Shown: positions 1-15,300, counted from the first letter of the stretch. The stretch is 64,000 nt of DNA from the human T2T-CHM13v2.0 reference genome, Homo sapiens (GCF_009914755.1 NC_060931.1), one strand, 5' to 3'. The notes: generated by a model not told the origin, from the letters alone. A program made the numbers and translations.

Positions 1-1590
1 AGGACATTGGTCTGGACAAAGGTTTCTTGAGTAAGACCTTAAAAGCACAAGAAACCAAAGCAAAAATGGAGAAGTAGGATTACATCAAGCTAAAAATCTC
101 CACACAGCAAGGGAGACAATCAACAAAGTGAAGTGACAACTTACAGAATGGGAGAAAATATTTGCAAACTATTCAGCTGAGAAGGATTAGTAACCAGAAC
201 ATATAAAGAACACAACTCAATAGCAAAAAGCAACTAATAATTGTATTTAAAAGTAGGGAAAATAGCTGAGTAGACATTTTTCACATACATATGCCCAACA
301 GGTATGTGAAAAAATGCTCAACATCACTAATAATCAGAGCAAGACAAATAAAAAACCATAATAAGTATCATCTCACCCAAGTTAAAATGGCTTTTATCAA
401 AAAGATAAAATAATAACAGATGGTAGTGAGGATGCAGAGAAAGGGGAACACTTGCCCACTGGTGGTGGGAATGTGAATTAGTATAGTCATTATGGAAAAC
501 AGCATAAAGGTTTCTCAGAAAACTAAAAATAGAGCTATTAATACTATATGATCCAGTAATCCCACTGCTGAATATATATAAAAAAGAATGAAAATCAGTA
601 TTTCAAAAAGGTATCTGCACTCCCAGGTTTATTGCAGCACTATTTGCAGTAGCCAAGATGTGGAAGCAGCCTTAGTGTCTACCTACATATGAATGGATAA
701 AGAAAATGTGGTACATATACAAAATGGAATATTATTCAACCATAAAAAGAATGAAATTCTGTCATTTACAACAATATGGTTGGAACTGGAGGTCATTATA
801 TTAAGTGAAATAAGCCAGGCACCAAAAGGCAAATATTGCATATTCTCACTCATGAGTGGGAGCTAAAACAATTGATCTCATGGAGGTAGAGAGTAGAATG
901 ACGGTTACCAGACTTTAGGAAGGGTAGTGGGGAAGGAGGAATAAAGAGGTGATGGTTAATGAGTACAAAACTACAGTTAGGTAGAAGGAATGAGATGTAG
1001 TGTTTGGTAGCACAATAGGGTGACTATAGTTAACAATAATTTATTGTATATTTCAAAATAACTTGAAGAGTGGGATTGAAATGTTCCTAACACAAATTAT
1101 ATATGGCTGGGCATTGTGGCTCAAGCCTGTAATCCTAGCACTTTGGGAGGCTCAGGTGGGAGAATCGCTTGAACCCAGGAGTTTGAGACCATAGTGGGCA
1201 CCATAATGAGACCCCTATCTCTACAAAAGAATAAAAAGTTTTAAAAAATTAGCTTGGCATGAGGGTGTATGCCTGTGGTCCCAGCTACTTGAGAGGCTGA
1301 GCTGGGAGGATCACCTGAACCCAGGAGATTGAGGCTTCAGTGAGCCATGGTTACTTCACTGTACTCGAGCCTGGATGACAGAGCAGGTCCTTGACTCAAA
1401 AAAAAAAAAAAAAAAAAACGAAAACAAAAAAAAGAAGAGGAGGAAATGATATATGTTTAAGAACATGGAGATCCCCATTAACCTGATTTTTATCATTACA
1501 CCTTGCATGCTGTATCAAAATATTGCATGTGTCCCATATATATGTTCAAATATTATGTACCCATAGAAATTAAAAATAAAAAAAATTAAA
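1..1590 (+). mobile_element. Old LINE-1 3' end (L1MA-type ORF2 tail and 3' UTR), cut by the window start and interrupted by an Alu
   Basis: Degenerate ORF2 3' sequence (gaatgggagaaaatatttgcaaac, atgatccagtaatcccactgctg), L1MA-type 3' UTR (catggaggtagagagtagaatg, gtttggtagcacaatagggtgactatag) and A-rich end near 1570-1590. Confidence 0.9.
1105..1433 (+). mobile_element. AluJ-type SINE inserted into the L1MA 3' UTR
   Basis: Dimeric Alu starting ggctgggcattgtggctc with J-type motifs (gagaatcgcttgaacccaggagtttgag, gaggcttcagtgagccatg) and poly(A); degenerate TSD aaat(t/g)atatat. Confidence 0.9.
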
Positions 1591-2119
1591 GCTAAATTTT
1601 AAGTTTTCACTGTGTTCTCAGAGCACGTAGTCATTCTATCCATCTATCCACCCATCCATCAATCGAGTGCCTAGTACGTAACCTTAAAGTGATTATATTT
1701 CTTAGTAAGCACCTGCTGTATACTAAAGGTAAAAGTTATTGGTCTCTGTGCATATGTGGTTGAGTTTAGCAGATAAGGCAGACCAACAAACAAATCACTA
1801 TATGATGGGGGAATAGATCAGGTTTTCTAGAAACATGAGTGAGAGCTTCTAATATGCCCTAGTTGGTGATGTGAGCGTCAGGACAGTTTCTCTAAGAGTT
1901 GTTTTGAGTTAAGCATTAAATCATGAATAAAAGATAGTTTGGGTTGCCAGATATTTATCAGGCTTTCATTGATGCCCCCTTAACATTTGCCAGTCATATG
2001 GGAAGTACTCAAAAAATGTTTGAGATTCATTCTTTAGTGATATGTTCACTTTCTTTTTTAAAAAAAAAAAATAAAAAGTAGTTTGAGACTTCTGTGATTC
2101 TCTGTAAATAAATTTTGAC

Positions 2120-2497
2120 TTGACATGTCTGGGACCTTGGCACTGACTCTCCTGGGATACCTCAATTCCCCTCCTTTCCCCTTTCCTCTCTCTATATATA
2201 CTATATATATGAAGTCCCATTGTCCTGGCCTCTCCATATGGCCTCTTTCTGTAGGATACTGGATGATATTCTGTACCTCTTTGCAATTTGTTAGCTGAGA
2301 GCCAGGAAAGTGAAAGCAGGAACTGCTGGGACCCATAACATCGAGGCCCGGAAAGGGCAGCGTCACTTCTATAGCATTATAATGATCAAAGAAAGTCACA
2401 GGCCAGCCAAGATTCTGGGGAGGAGAAATCAATTCCATCTCTCATGTATGTAGTGGAAAAGGGATTGCTGGTGGCTATCTTTGGCAACTATCTACTG
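2120..2497 (-). mobile_element. Ancient MaLR (MLT1-type) LTR remnant
   Basis: MLT1-like motifs cagcgtcacttctatagcatt, gtcacaggccagccaagattctgggg, gtggctatctttgg; boundaries approximate. Confidence 0.55.
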
Positions 2498-3349
2498 CAT
2501 TCCCTCCTCCTCAAATTACCTTATTCTTTCTATCCTCCCAAAGACTACCATATGTATATTTGCACTCATTCTCTAGATTTGACATAAATTGGTTGACACT
2601 AATGACACTTCCCTGTGTCTAACCCTTGTCCCCATCATCCAATTCTTTCTGCCCTTACCTGGCATCTGTAATTAATTTCTTTGCCTCCAATGTTACTTCT
2701 CTGTTTGGTAGTGCAATTGAAGACCACATAAAAATGCTGCTAGAATGCATCTCCTTTGTTAGCAGATTTAGTATTCTAATGTGAAATTCCTTCTCATCCT
2801 TTAAAACCCAGTTAAATCTGACTTCTATAAAGTCCTTATTGACTATCCCAAAGAAGAGGGGATTTCTCTTTCTAAAATTTGTAGTAATGTGTTTCTGGAA
2901 TGTATTCTAGTTTTGACTATGGTTAGGAATACACATGCTTTACCTTTCTAATAATTTTGAAAACTCAAAGGCAGGCAGTAGGATATACTCATTTTTTAAA
3001 TTTTCTAAAGCACCAAGATGAGCCCATTACATAGAATAAGTTGAGTTTTTGTTGAGTTGTCAGGGATCTGGGAAGAATGGTTTGGCTTTTAGGAGAGGTT
3101 CTCAGCCAACCAGGAAGGAAAAAAAAAATGATTCAGTGATTAGTGACAACAGCTTTACTTCTAGAATCCTCCCACCTACTACTGGCAGCACGAGCAGGCA
3201 GCTTGCCTTCCTGGGACGAACCTAGATGAGGTACAATGTGGCTGGAAAGCTCTCTAATACTGATCTGACATGGCATATTTCAGATTAATCTGTTTTCTCT
3301 CCTTGTTTCCAGTTTCAGCACATACTAATGCCATCTTGAATCTTACTTT

Positions 3350-3570
3350 TCCTCCCTGGCCCTCAGCTTCCCCATCTGTAAATAACAAAGGCTACTATTT
3401 ACTAAGAACCTGCATCAGTGCCAGACACAGTGCTGGGCACTAGTGCTAATCCTCACAATAATAGTGAAAGGTGCATTTTTTTTATTTCCTCCTTTTAAAT
3501 GAATATCAGATATGGAAAGGAAAACAACTTGCCCAAGCCCTCTCAGCACAACTGGATTGAAACTCATCCC
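3350..3570. mobile_element. MIR SINE remnants
   Basis: MIR core cctcagcttccccatctgtaaa followed by reverse-orientation MIR motifs (taatcctcacaat, acttgcccaag, ggattgaaactca). Confidence 0.6.
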
Positions 3571-4359
3571 CCATGAGTAGCATCAGGGTCAGGCCAGATA
3601 AGCTGTAAATTCCCTTAGCCTTTACTATGCATCTCCACCAGGATGTAAAATACAATCTGCTGTTTGTCTTCCACCTTCTCCTAGACCAGCTTTTCTGCGT
3701 CATTATTTTTCTTTTTTGTCTTCAGCTGCAGTTTCTCTTATCAGTTATTGGCTCCACAACTAGCAAGTTTATTTTTTGCTCCATATTGTATTCTGGTGTG
3801 TTATGCTACAATTTGTATAGGGAATGAGACACAATATGGTTTGCTAATGAGAAAATCTACACTGCAGAGACAGAACCTATTTGTTCTCAGTTACTTGAAA
3901 CGTATGTTAGAATGTAGAATCTCTTCTTCATTCCCGTGTGAGGTGCTGAGGAAGGCTGGAGGGGTTCTGATTCAGTCACATTTGATTTTGGAGTCAAGGT
4001 CTTGGCTTCAACTCATATTGAGTTTTACTGGAAACTGCCAGCTTTGTTTTGGGTAGACATTTGTAAATGTGACAGAACAGATGACTCATCTCAAGCCAGC
4101 TCTATGCTTTTATTCAATGTGTGCTTAAAAAGAGTAAACGTGGATGTTGGAAAGTATTTTCTTGTAAGTACTTTGTATGGCAGATGCCAAGTACTGCTAA
4201 ACCTAATTATTTAATTCTTCTTCTTAAATAGATATTATTTAGTTTTAATTTTTAAAAACCTTCAACTATATAATTGATATATATCATATATATAGATATA
4301 GATATATATCAATAATATAATTTTACTTTTTAGCACACCAGAAGCATATTATTTTGGAA

Positions 4360-4570
4360 GATCATAGGACTCAGAGCTCTGGATAGGCAAAGTAGACTTG
4401 GATTTACATTCTCTGTGATCTTAAGAAATCTACTTTCTCCCTTATTTTCACTTTTCTGTACTAAAAAAAACAGCTGTACTAACATGAATAATATGTACCT
4501 CACAGGGTTCATGTTGAGGACAAAATTATTAATAGATAATATGTCAAAGAGCTTGCCATATAATCAGTAG
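4360..4570 (+). mobile_element. MIR SINE remnant
   Basis: agagctctgga...ctgtgatcttaag...tacctcacagggtt...tgtcaaagagctt follows the MIR motif order. Confidence 0.6.
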
Positions 4571-5140
4571 GTTCTTTCCTGCCATGGAAAAATTTTTTTA
4601 GTCAGAATAGGTCTCAGCCAACCTCTTTCATGTTCCAGAATTTAATGCATACTTGCTGATTCAATACAGGTAGAAAGTTTAATATTAATTTTTATTTTGT
4701 TGGCTTTCTAAAAAAGCAGTCTTTTCACATTAGAATAAGTGAATGAAAGAGATCACTAAAATCAAAAGTTGTTACAAATGTTATTTTGATTGCTATGATT
4801 TCAAATGCAGTTTTATCTTCTTATAAAGTTAAAATACCCAATTTCGTTTTTAATTTATTTGGAAACAACAACACGACTGGTTGAATACTCTGTCTAAAGT
4901 AATCTCTAACAAAGAATGACTGAAGTTCTACTCTACCAATGAAAAGCAAGAACCGGGGTTCCTCCTTTCTCTTTCTGTGGTATGGGAGCTACATGAAGGC
5001 AGAATAAAAGAGTCAGACTAGGCTGGGAATCCTGTTCAAGAGAGGCACTCAGTTACAGTGTACATGTCAGAATTGATTGATAAAGTTACTAGGAAGTAGG
5101 CATGTAACCTTAGTTAGTCTTGTTCTCCAGTTTTCAATAA

Positions 5141-5470
<330 letters not shown>

Positions 5471-5889
5471 TACTACAGTATTTTTAAAGAAGAGCAGTTT
5501 CACAGTGTCACCAAATCATGGCTTTCAGATCCAGAGTTACAAATTGCCTCCCAACTCAGCAGTTCTTGAAAATATAATATTACCGATGTTTGGCTCATGA
5601 AGACTCCCTAGAAGCCCAGTGTCCCCTAGGGAGGAAGTGCCAAATTGAAAATTTTTAAATAATCGTTACTGTATTTTATAGCAAATAAGTATATGATTAT
5701 CAAATATGCTTAAACCCTTTGGGAAAGAGGAGCTTGAAAACACTGTATCCATCCTTTGACAGATCCATTTAGCCTAATTATTCAATGATCCCCATACATT
5801 TTACTCGCATTCTTGACCCAAATAATTCAGATTATATTTGTATGCTTTTTGATATCCTTAATGTAAAAAAAATTCTTGATTCTTTTTCT

Positions 5890-6320
5890 CATTCATTCAA
5901 CAAATACTTGTTGAGTGAAGACCATATTCTCCATGAGCAAATAAGTAGAAGAATCTCCATGTGGGTCCTGCATTCTAATGGGGAAAGAGAGGCTGATAAA
6001 TACTAAACGCAAGAACATTAAGTAGGTACTATGTCAGTAAACAAAGTATAGAGTAGATTAGAAGGAAAAAAATCAAATAATAGCAATGTTAGGGGCGAAG
6101 GAGCCTGGAGTTGTGAGGATGGCTTATAATTTTAAATAGAGTTGTGGGAATTGGCCTCAGGAAGGAGGTGACATTTATGAGAGAGTTGGAAGAGGTGCAG
6201 GGATTCACCATGTGACTATGTGGGGGAAGAACATTCAGATAGGGAGAGCGGCCAGTCCAGAGGCTCAAGGCAAGTCTGTGTCTGAGATGTTCCAGGAAGA
6301 GGAAGGAGGCCGGTGTTCAG
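5890..6320 (-). mobile_element. L2 LINE 3' remnant
   Basis: cattcattcaacaaatacttgttgagtg (reverse L2 3' end) followed by typical L2 motifs (ggaaggaggtgacatt, gggggaagaacattc). Confidence 0.75.
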
Positions 6321-9229
6321 GAGTAAACTTTGTAACTTAGTCTTTCTTTTCTCACATTAGACTTTTTCGTTGTTGATGTTTTACTTTAAGGAAATTTATT
6401 TTTGCAAAAATATGTACTATTTGGTTTGTTAAAATAACATCTAACTCTTGAAAGATCATTTACCTTGATAGAGGCATTCATCTATTCTGTTAGGAAGAAG
6501 CACAGGTCAGCCGGAGATGTTTACAGTACAGAGTTCTTATATAAGTAGGAAAAAAAAAACTGTAATAATTTAAAAAGTAAAAAAAAAAAAAGTCAATACA
6601 GGACCTGCCCCTTCCTAGACAATCACAACGTGTCCACTCATTCTACTTTCAGCTGCCCCCTCCCCACCCTATCCGTTCAATATCCTGCCACTCTGGCACC
6701 ATCCCAGCCACAAGGCCTCAGGTCCTCTCTCTGCTCTCGCTGGTTTTCAGAGAGGCGCTCCTCAGAGAGAGTTTCTAGCACTAAAGGATAAGTGATTGTT
6801 ATGACAATATACTTCTTTTTAAAAAATGCTTGTTTCATCGGAGAATTTTGGCTGGCTATGGGTAATGGAAGAGATTTCACATAAAAGTTGAGTCCCCTTC
6901 TCACAAAGCAAATGAGCACATGATGGATCAAGGTGCTCTGCTGGTGTAGACTAACATATATTAATAATACACACATACCTATTAAGAGATCTGTGTCAAG
7001 GAATATACATGTAGTATATATTAAAGACATCAGAATATAAGACAATAAATTAAATTACCTTATAGTCACCTGGCTTCTATGGAGCAAGGAGAATTTAATT
7101 AAACCACAGAATCTGAGAGAACATTTGATCCTTGGTTGATGCTAAAAAATTGTTTCACTATTTGAAAATAGTTTCAAATCATTTCACTATTTGAAAAAAA
7201 AAAAAAGCAAGTTCAGATGGGAGATGGACTCATAGCTTATACTATGTCGAAATGCATTAGGAAAGATTAGTTTAAGATTTCATGCCAATAAAATAACTTT
7301 ACCAAAAACTACCTTTATGGAGTACTAGTCTCACCAGGGGAAGTTCAAAACATCACATTTTTTACCAGGAAGTTGATGCATTCCCTTGGCAAGTCAATGG
7401 GATGGTTTATGCCTAGAATCTCAGAGAAGAAGAAAGCCTTTTTAGATGAAAAAGATAGTCATATGTCTCCAAACCCTCATGTGTATTTATGTAGTGGAGA
7501 GGAAACTAATTGAAGCAGAAGGTAGCTAGATTTTTAAATGTAATCATTAATAGTCTCACAGTTGTGTTGATAGCATCCAACAGGGTTACCTTCTGGGCAG
7601 AAACACAGATCACTCCTACTGTTCTTGGAGAAAGAAAAAGGAGGAAATGAACACATGCTCACTGAACCTCCTAGCAAAAAAAGTCTCTCTAGAAATATAT
7701 GGTCCACTCCCAAGCTCACCCTTTAATTCTCCAATGTTACTTCTGTAAAATAGCAGTCCTGTGATATTACTCACTGAACAGATGAAATTAAAATATTTAT
7801 ATTCTGCACATGCACGCACGGAGGAAAATCTCACTTCAATTATAGCAGTTAAGAAGTCTGAAGTAATTTTCCCAGCTAGCATTTGGCCATTCCATTGAGA
7901 TTGAAGGAATCTGGTATGATGATGGTTCTTATTAATTCACCCTCTCTTCGTTTTAAAAGAATATTATAGTTCCTTTGTGATGTAAATTGTTTGGGCAATA
8001 TGATGGTGCACTGCCTTGTGACTAAAAAGTCGACAAGCTCAAAGGACAAAGTATTCAGGAACAATAGCTAACATTTACTGTTCGGCACTTTTTAAATGTT
8101 CTCGGTAAGATAATTTTTATTTCTGATTCACTTTTCTTTTTGCCTTTCCAAAAGGGATTTAAGTTAATTACTTTTTCTAATGTGACTTTGATATTTCAGT
8201 CCCCTCAGATCTTCCAAGGAATTTACAGGTGAAATACCATTCTAGTTCTTTTATTTTCCTAGAAACTCTGATATTAAATATGGGTGTCACACTGGAAAAT
8301 TCCACCAGAATAAAAAGCTAAACAAGGCATAAAATTTACATTAGTAACATCCCATTAAACCATCATCTAGAAAGCTTTTGTTACATGATTTTCATCATTT
8401 ATTAAATTATTTTGGTGTCTTTTCTGGTCTTTTTTGCCTGTAGGACTGAACCTTGTTATGCATTTGTCTCCATCAAAATGGTGTAGCTGCATTTGGCATT
8501 ATTCCTTCAACATTCTTCTTTATTTTTTCCACAGAAGATGAAATTAGCTTGGTTTAATAATAGTCATTCCTGATTACTCTCTCTGTGGAAAACAGCTTGA
8601 GAGGCACATTATTCAATTAAAGAAAGTATTTGCCTCGCCCTTTAAAACCTTCATTTTATATAACCTATTGATTGTGAATCCAATTAGTCTTACATATTAA
8701 ACTTTTATTACTTTTAGTATAGCACTTTTACATGCCATCGGGAAACTCATCACCATGTAAAATGCATGTAGTTCCTGACTTTCAAACAAGAGGTATTTCA
8801 GAAGATCACTGCTAAGTCAGTGTTTCAAATTTGAATATACATGTTCATCCTATAAATGATCTATATTCATCCTATAAATGATGACATGATTATATATATA
8901 GTCGTCCTACAAATAATCATCCTATAAACAATTATTGGGTTCCTGGGGTAACAGCAAAGCAAAATAATTAGAACATTTTTGTTAATAATATACCTAGTAA
9001 TAATAATGTAGCTGGGAAAATAATGAACAAAATAATATAGCTGAAATAGTAGTCCTACGTTTTAGGGACAAGGTTAGAAAGAAGAGAGCACCAGGGGTTG
9101 GAGGGAGAGAGTGGTTCCTCATATACACTGTGATAACTCAGATAGTCTGCAGTCAGGAAACAATTGGTAATCCATTAATTAGAGAGTATGATGCCCTTTT
9201 ATGAAGTGATAGTGTAGACACAATAGCAA

Positions 9230-9817
9230 TATTAATTAGCTTTCCTATTGCTTCCATAATAAATTAGCACAAGCTTAGTGACTTAACCCAAACTTATTAT
9301 CTCACACAATTCTATAGGTCATAAGTCTGAGTTGATTCTGCTGGTTTCTCTGTTCTGGGTGTTAGGAAGATGATGTCAAGATGATTAACAGCTGGGCTGT
9401 GGAAAGAATCTGCTTCCAGTCTCATTCAGTTTGTTGGCAGAATCCAGTTCCATGTGACCATAGGACTGAAATTCCTATTTTCTTGCTGGCTGTCAACAGG
9501 GAACCAGCCTCTAGTTCTTGCATGTGGGCCCCGACATCTCAGAGCCAGCAAACATGGAATCCTTCTCAAGCTTGGAATCTCTTTGACTTTCTCTTCTTCC
9601 ACATCCTTCTTCTGCTTCAAGCCAGAGAACACTCTCTACTTTTAAGGGTTCATATGATTCAATATGTCCCACCCAGACAATCATCTCTCTATTTTAAGGT
9701 CTGTAACCACAATTTCGTGTGCAATGTCCATTTTGCCACCATGGAATACAACATATTCACATATTCCAGGGATCCAGGTGTGGACATTTTTAAAGGGCCA
9801 TTATGCTGCTTATCACA
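9230..9817 (-). mobile_element. MaLR solo LTR (MLT1E/F-like)
   Basis: tttcctattgct...cttagtgacttaa, gaatctgcttccagtctcattcag, ttggcagaatccagttcc, gtggacatttttaaagggccattatgctgcttatcaca terminus. Confidence 0.8.
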
Positions 9818-11555
9818 AATGTAACATGTTTTGAGTTGTTCTTCAAGGGTTCAATCCACGAATAGCTTGTATGCACAAAAGCACTTGTACAAAAGATGAC
9901 CACCAGGGCTCCGCGGGCTGCCTGTGTCACAGAATCGAGTGATGTCCACTGGCCTCACAGTTCAGAGCTCACCAGTACTCTCTTTCAGCAGTTCTTAATC
10001 TTATTTCCAAAGATACACCCCAGATATCCTTTCCTTGTGTTTACATATTCTCAGACTCTGGCTGCTGTGTTAATAAGTGGTGTTGAGACTACTGCTTAAT
10101 GTACAGTGAAAGAGTTAAAGTGATTTTGTATAAAAATGCAACGATCTGTTTCACTAACATTGTCTCAAGCAACAGCATGAGCAGTCGTTTTTTATATTAC
10201 TTTAACAGAATTTCCCATCCACACAGGAGAAGTTCATCCTCTCCATTTTCTTAAGAGTAGAGAGTGTCTTTAGCATCTCAAGGTTTCTGTGGATCACCAG
10301 GAGCCCTGCCTTGGAGAGGCTCCAGTACACAGGTGTTACTGAGCTGGAGGGCTTGAGAGAGGGGACCATTCTGAGGATGGGGGATGGAGAAAGAATGTTA
10401 CCAAGGTGAACGGAAAGGTAGCAAAGACGGGTATGTACGGGAAGGTCTGAGATTGCTGTTTGGAATTGATTTTTCAATTATTAATTTTTTCATGTATTCT
10501 GATATGATGAAAAAAATGACAGAACACATTAATCTTATGGAAATGTAGGGTAAAAAAGAGGATTTGAGATTGGAATTATTCTGGAAACCTGGATCTTGAG
10601 CTAGAATTTTAAAAATAATGGAGATGGTTAGCCTACAGTTCGGTTTCTGCTTGGGAACTCTTTTTCAAAAATTCTCTGGAAATTATTAAGGCACCAACTA
10701 CTTGCTCTGAAAATTGATAATTAAAGGGGAAAAAACTAAATATTTATTCTGACTTTAAAGGGAGTTATATTTTTCAGTAATCAAAATAATCACTTGATGA
10801 TGAATAGCCTTTTTTATGGAAATATTGCAGTTCATTAATGTGTAAGAATAAAACTCACCATTTTGCAATGTTAATAAAATAACTGATCAAAGCAACGTTC
10901 ATCAGTGATTAAATCCTTTGGATAAAATATTGAAAAAGAACTAGACAATAGAGGGACTAGGTTTTCATTATAACTAGAATTTGGAACCCTAGAACTTATT
11001 TTTTCTCTTAAGATAATGTAACATAAAGCAGACTGCACCATCTATGAAGCATTTCTGTCAAAAGTTGAACCTAAATCTAATTGAGCCTTTATCACTTACT
11101 TCCAGCCACCAGGAAATAGAGAGGGAAGGAAGCAGTTAAATGACACCACAATGAAACAAACAGAGAAATCCAGAATGAAGGACATTTTATAGGACTACTG
11201 ACACAGTTTCTGCCAAAAGTTAATGACATGGGAAAAAAGGAGAGGGGAAGAAGGAGGAGCACAGCTGTAAATTTAAAAAAGAAAGAAAGAAAAATGACTT
11301 GGGAGATTTACCAAATACAGTATTTGAATCTTAATTCGAGCATATCAACTAAGAAAAAGACATTTTTGAAACCGTTAGAAAAATTTTAGTATGCACTAGA
11401 CAGGATTCCAAGACATTATTGTTAATATGTAGGTGAGATAATATCACTGTTATCTTGTGAGACAATGTTTGTGCTTTTAGAGATGGATACTGAAGTATTT
11501 TAGGTATGATGTTACATGTTGCTGGGATTTGTTTTAAAAATTTTTAGCAAAGACA

Positions 11556-11686
11556 ACATATATGGTGCAGTGTATATTGCTCAGTTGATGGGTGCACCAG
11601 GATCTCACAAATCACCGCTGAAGAACTTATTCACGTAATTAAATGCCACCTGTACTCCAATAACTTATGGGAAAAAATTTAAAAAA
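11556..11686 (+). mobile_element. Very short L1PB-type 3' terminal fragment
   Basis: ggtgcagtgtatattgctcagttgatgggtgcacc...aaatcaccgctgaagaacttattcacgtaa...A-rich tail; flanked by tagcaaaga at 11545 and 11687. Confidence 0.75.
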
Positions 11687-11696
11687 TAGCAAAGAA

Positions 11697-12010
<314 letters not shown>

Positions 12011-13611
12011 TTAAGCAGATGTGGCTTATTTTTGCTGGAAAATTAATGAATCTAAATGATGAGTTTATGGGGATTCATTATATCATCTTTTCTGTATACA
12101 ATTGGTAGTTACAGAATTTTTCATTAATTTTTTTTTAAAAAAATCAGTTATTCCCACATAACTGTATATCTTAAAACCATTGTTTTCTACAAAGAGGTAT
12201 AATATTATTGTGTGGTTGCTCTGTGATGGTACGAGTAGGCATCCTTATTTTATCAAGTATTGTCCTCTTAAATTGCTTGGTTTCTTATCATGGTGGTCTA
12301 ATTTCTTTGAGGCTCTGTATCTCAGGCCTATGTTCATTGATAAAGTTCCTTTCTCTTTGAAATTCCTATTAATAGACAGTCTTCAATCAAGAACATATTA
12401 GTTCTGCTAATACAATTTATATGAAATTTTACCCTACTCCATAATTTGCAGAAGCTAATAGTGTACTAACAAGGGAGCAGGAGCAATAATTGATCATATT
12501 TGCTTTCCCTTAGAGAGAAGTGCAGCCATCAGTCTTAGAAGACTGATGTAATGAGTGCCAAGTGATGGATGCCCCGTGCACTCACGATTGCTAGATCTCC
12601 CATGGGTGTCCTAAAAGGAAGCACGTGGTCTGTTGGGAGATGCAGACAGCAGAATTATTTGGAAATAGGTGGAGCCACTGTCAATGAGAGACGTTTCCCC
12701 TATCTCTATTTTAAAAAATGCAATTCTATCTTAATCCCTTCCTTTTTTCCTCAAAAATTTAACAATGCTAATTCTAAGCTTGTGTGCACTTTTCCCAGTG
12801 GTTAATTATAATCCTTTTCTTTATTAGGTTTTATTTTGCAGCCTTAAAAAATAAAAAGCAATTAACAAAATGGCTTAAAGGCAAAATTAGAGCAAATCTC
12901 ATTTTCTTAGGAGACTCTGCATTTCATTTATTGTTATAGTTCTTACTTCAGAGACAGGGAAGGAAGAGAAGGTAGCTTGATAGTAAAATAATATCCTTCA
13001 AGGTAAATTCCATGAATGTTAAGTCAAGCAGAACTTCTATTTTTGTAGCATTCTAGAGACATTGAATCCAGTTTCTTGATGTTTCTTGCCGCATTTCTCA
13101 CTCTGTTCTACAGAGCAATTTGGTTTACAGGTAATTTAAGCTTGGGATAAAGCTCTGGTTAATTCAGTTTCTGGATAAAAGAAAGAGTAATTCAACTTAA
13201 AGATCACCATAGAATTTTAATCATAGAGATGAGAAAGCAAGGAAAGGCATAAACCTCGTTAGTGGTATAATGGGAAAAGAATTGTCTCAGATAGATGGTT
13301 CTAGCTCTTGAAGTTTTGCTGTAAGCTGTACCAGCACTAGAAAAAAGGTACAATGGGAAATGCAGACCTTTAGTTTTGTCCACCTTCCTGATGTTGCCTT
13401 TTTCACTTCAGCTTTTCAACAACGTTGCTGAAAAGGTCTACCAGTCAGTGCCCATTATATATACGTTTCTCTTCCTTTCTCCAATCCCATCTAAATAATG
13501 AATTCTGTATTCCAGATCTTGATCCTCATTTTAAACATTCATTTCCTTTATTTAAATTTTACTTATATTGTTATTACTTTATACCTTAAGATATTATATT
13601 TTAATTATAGT

Positions 13612-14995
13612 GTTTTTATTGAAATGTAATTTTTACATCATGAAATGCAGACTCTAAGCACACAGTTTGGTAAATTTTGACAAATGTATACACCTGTGTA
13701 TCCCACACCCATCAAGATAATAGAACATTTTCATCAACCTAGAAAATTCTGTCATGCCAATTCCTAGGTCATCAGTGCCTTTCAGTTCAAAGGAGAATGT
13801 AGATCTGATTTCCATCAACAGATTCATTTCACCTGTTGTGGAATTTTATAGAAATAGAGTAATACAGAATATACTCTTCGAGGTCTGACTTTCTGCATCA
13901 GAAAAATATTTTAGAGTTTACTCCATGTTGTTAAATGGTATTTCATTAAATAACACACCTCAGTTTACTCACCTGTTTTTCAGTTTGTGGCCATTTGGGA
14001 TGTTTCTAGCTTTGAAATATTGTGAATAAAGCTGCTATAACATTTTTGTATAAATCTTTTTATAGATCTATTTTTTTAAAATTCTACCTAGGAGTGGAAT
14101 TGCTAGGTCATAAGGTAGATATATGTTTAAATTTATAAGAATCTGATAATTTTCCAAAGGAGTTATACCTATTTACATATCCACCAGCAAAATAATATAG
14201 TTCTAGTTGCTTTTCCCTTACCAACATTTGGTGCAGCCGTCAGAGTTTTAATTTTAATTTGGTCCATTCCAGTGGGTGTACAGTGATCTGTCATTATGGT
14301 TTTAATTTGTATTTCCCTGATGATTAATGATTCTGGGCACTGTTTTATTTGCTTATTGGTTATTGCATGTCTTTTGTTGTTTAATGTCTGTTCAATTTGT
14401 TGTTTAATGTCTGTTTAATGTGTCTATTTTTTCGTTGCTGCTTTATTGAGTTATATAAATACTTTATTCTGAATCTAAGTCCTTTGAGATATATATTTGA
14501 ATGATACATTTCCTGCCGGTCTATGATTTTATGATCTGCCTATTTATTTTCTTAGTGGTAATATGTCAAAGAGGAGAAGTCTTTAATTTTGATTAAGTTC
14601 AATTTAAATATTTTTCTTTGTGGCTAGCACTTTCTCTGTGTTATCTAAAAAAGCTTTGCCTCCCCAAGTTCATAAAAAATATTCTCCTATGTTTTCTTCC
14701 AAAAGTTTCATAATTTTAGCTTTTAGATTTGTTACTGATCAATTTCAAATTAATTTGTGTATCTGGTGTGAGGCAAGGATCAATTTATTCATATTAGATT
14801 ATTCAGTCATTTCAGAAACATTTGTGAAAAAAACTTAAAATGACTTTCCTTAATGAATTCCCTAGGAACCTTTGTTAAAGATGAATTGACCATATAGCTG
14901 TGGGTTATTTCTAGATTATCTTTTCTGTCCCATTGATTTATTTGCCTATGTTTATGGCAGTGTTACAGTACCTTCATTTCTGAGTTTTATGGTAA
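13612..14995 (-). mobile_element. Old L1M (MB/MC/ME) 3' fragment
   Basis: Reverse L1 motifs ttttgacaaatgtatacacc, tacctaggagtggaattgctaggtcata, ttttaatttgtatttccctgatg, atgaattgaccatat. Confidence 0.85.
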
Positions 14996-15009
14996 GCTCT
15001 TTAGGTACT

Positions 15010-15300
15010 AATGTGGAAGTATCTTTAAAACAGAGTGCTGAATGGAAAAAATGTACAGATTAATATGTCTAGCTTTTGTCTAAAAAAAGAGAAAATAACA
15101 TATGTTCATGTATGCTTGACTTTGCATTAAAAACCTTGGAAGAACACAAATGATACTAAAGACATAGTTACCTGTGGCAGGTAGCAGTATATAGTTACTA
15201 GACATATTTGTGACAGGAATATAAAGAGGAATAGGAATTTTTATTATATTTTTAAACAACATGACTATATTAATTATGAAAAGATTAATTTTTAAAAAGA
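15010..15300 (+). mobile_element. Probable ancient L1ME 3' fragment
   Basis: ttggaagaacaca...tagttacctgtgg motifs typical of L1ME 3' ends; highly diverged. Confidence 0.45.

Noticed and set aside
4273-4313. 13-bp perfect inverted repeat
   Set aside because: Arises from (TA)-rich low-complexity sequence
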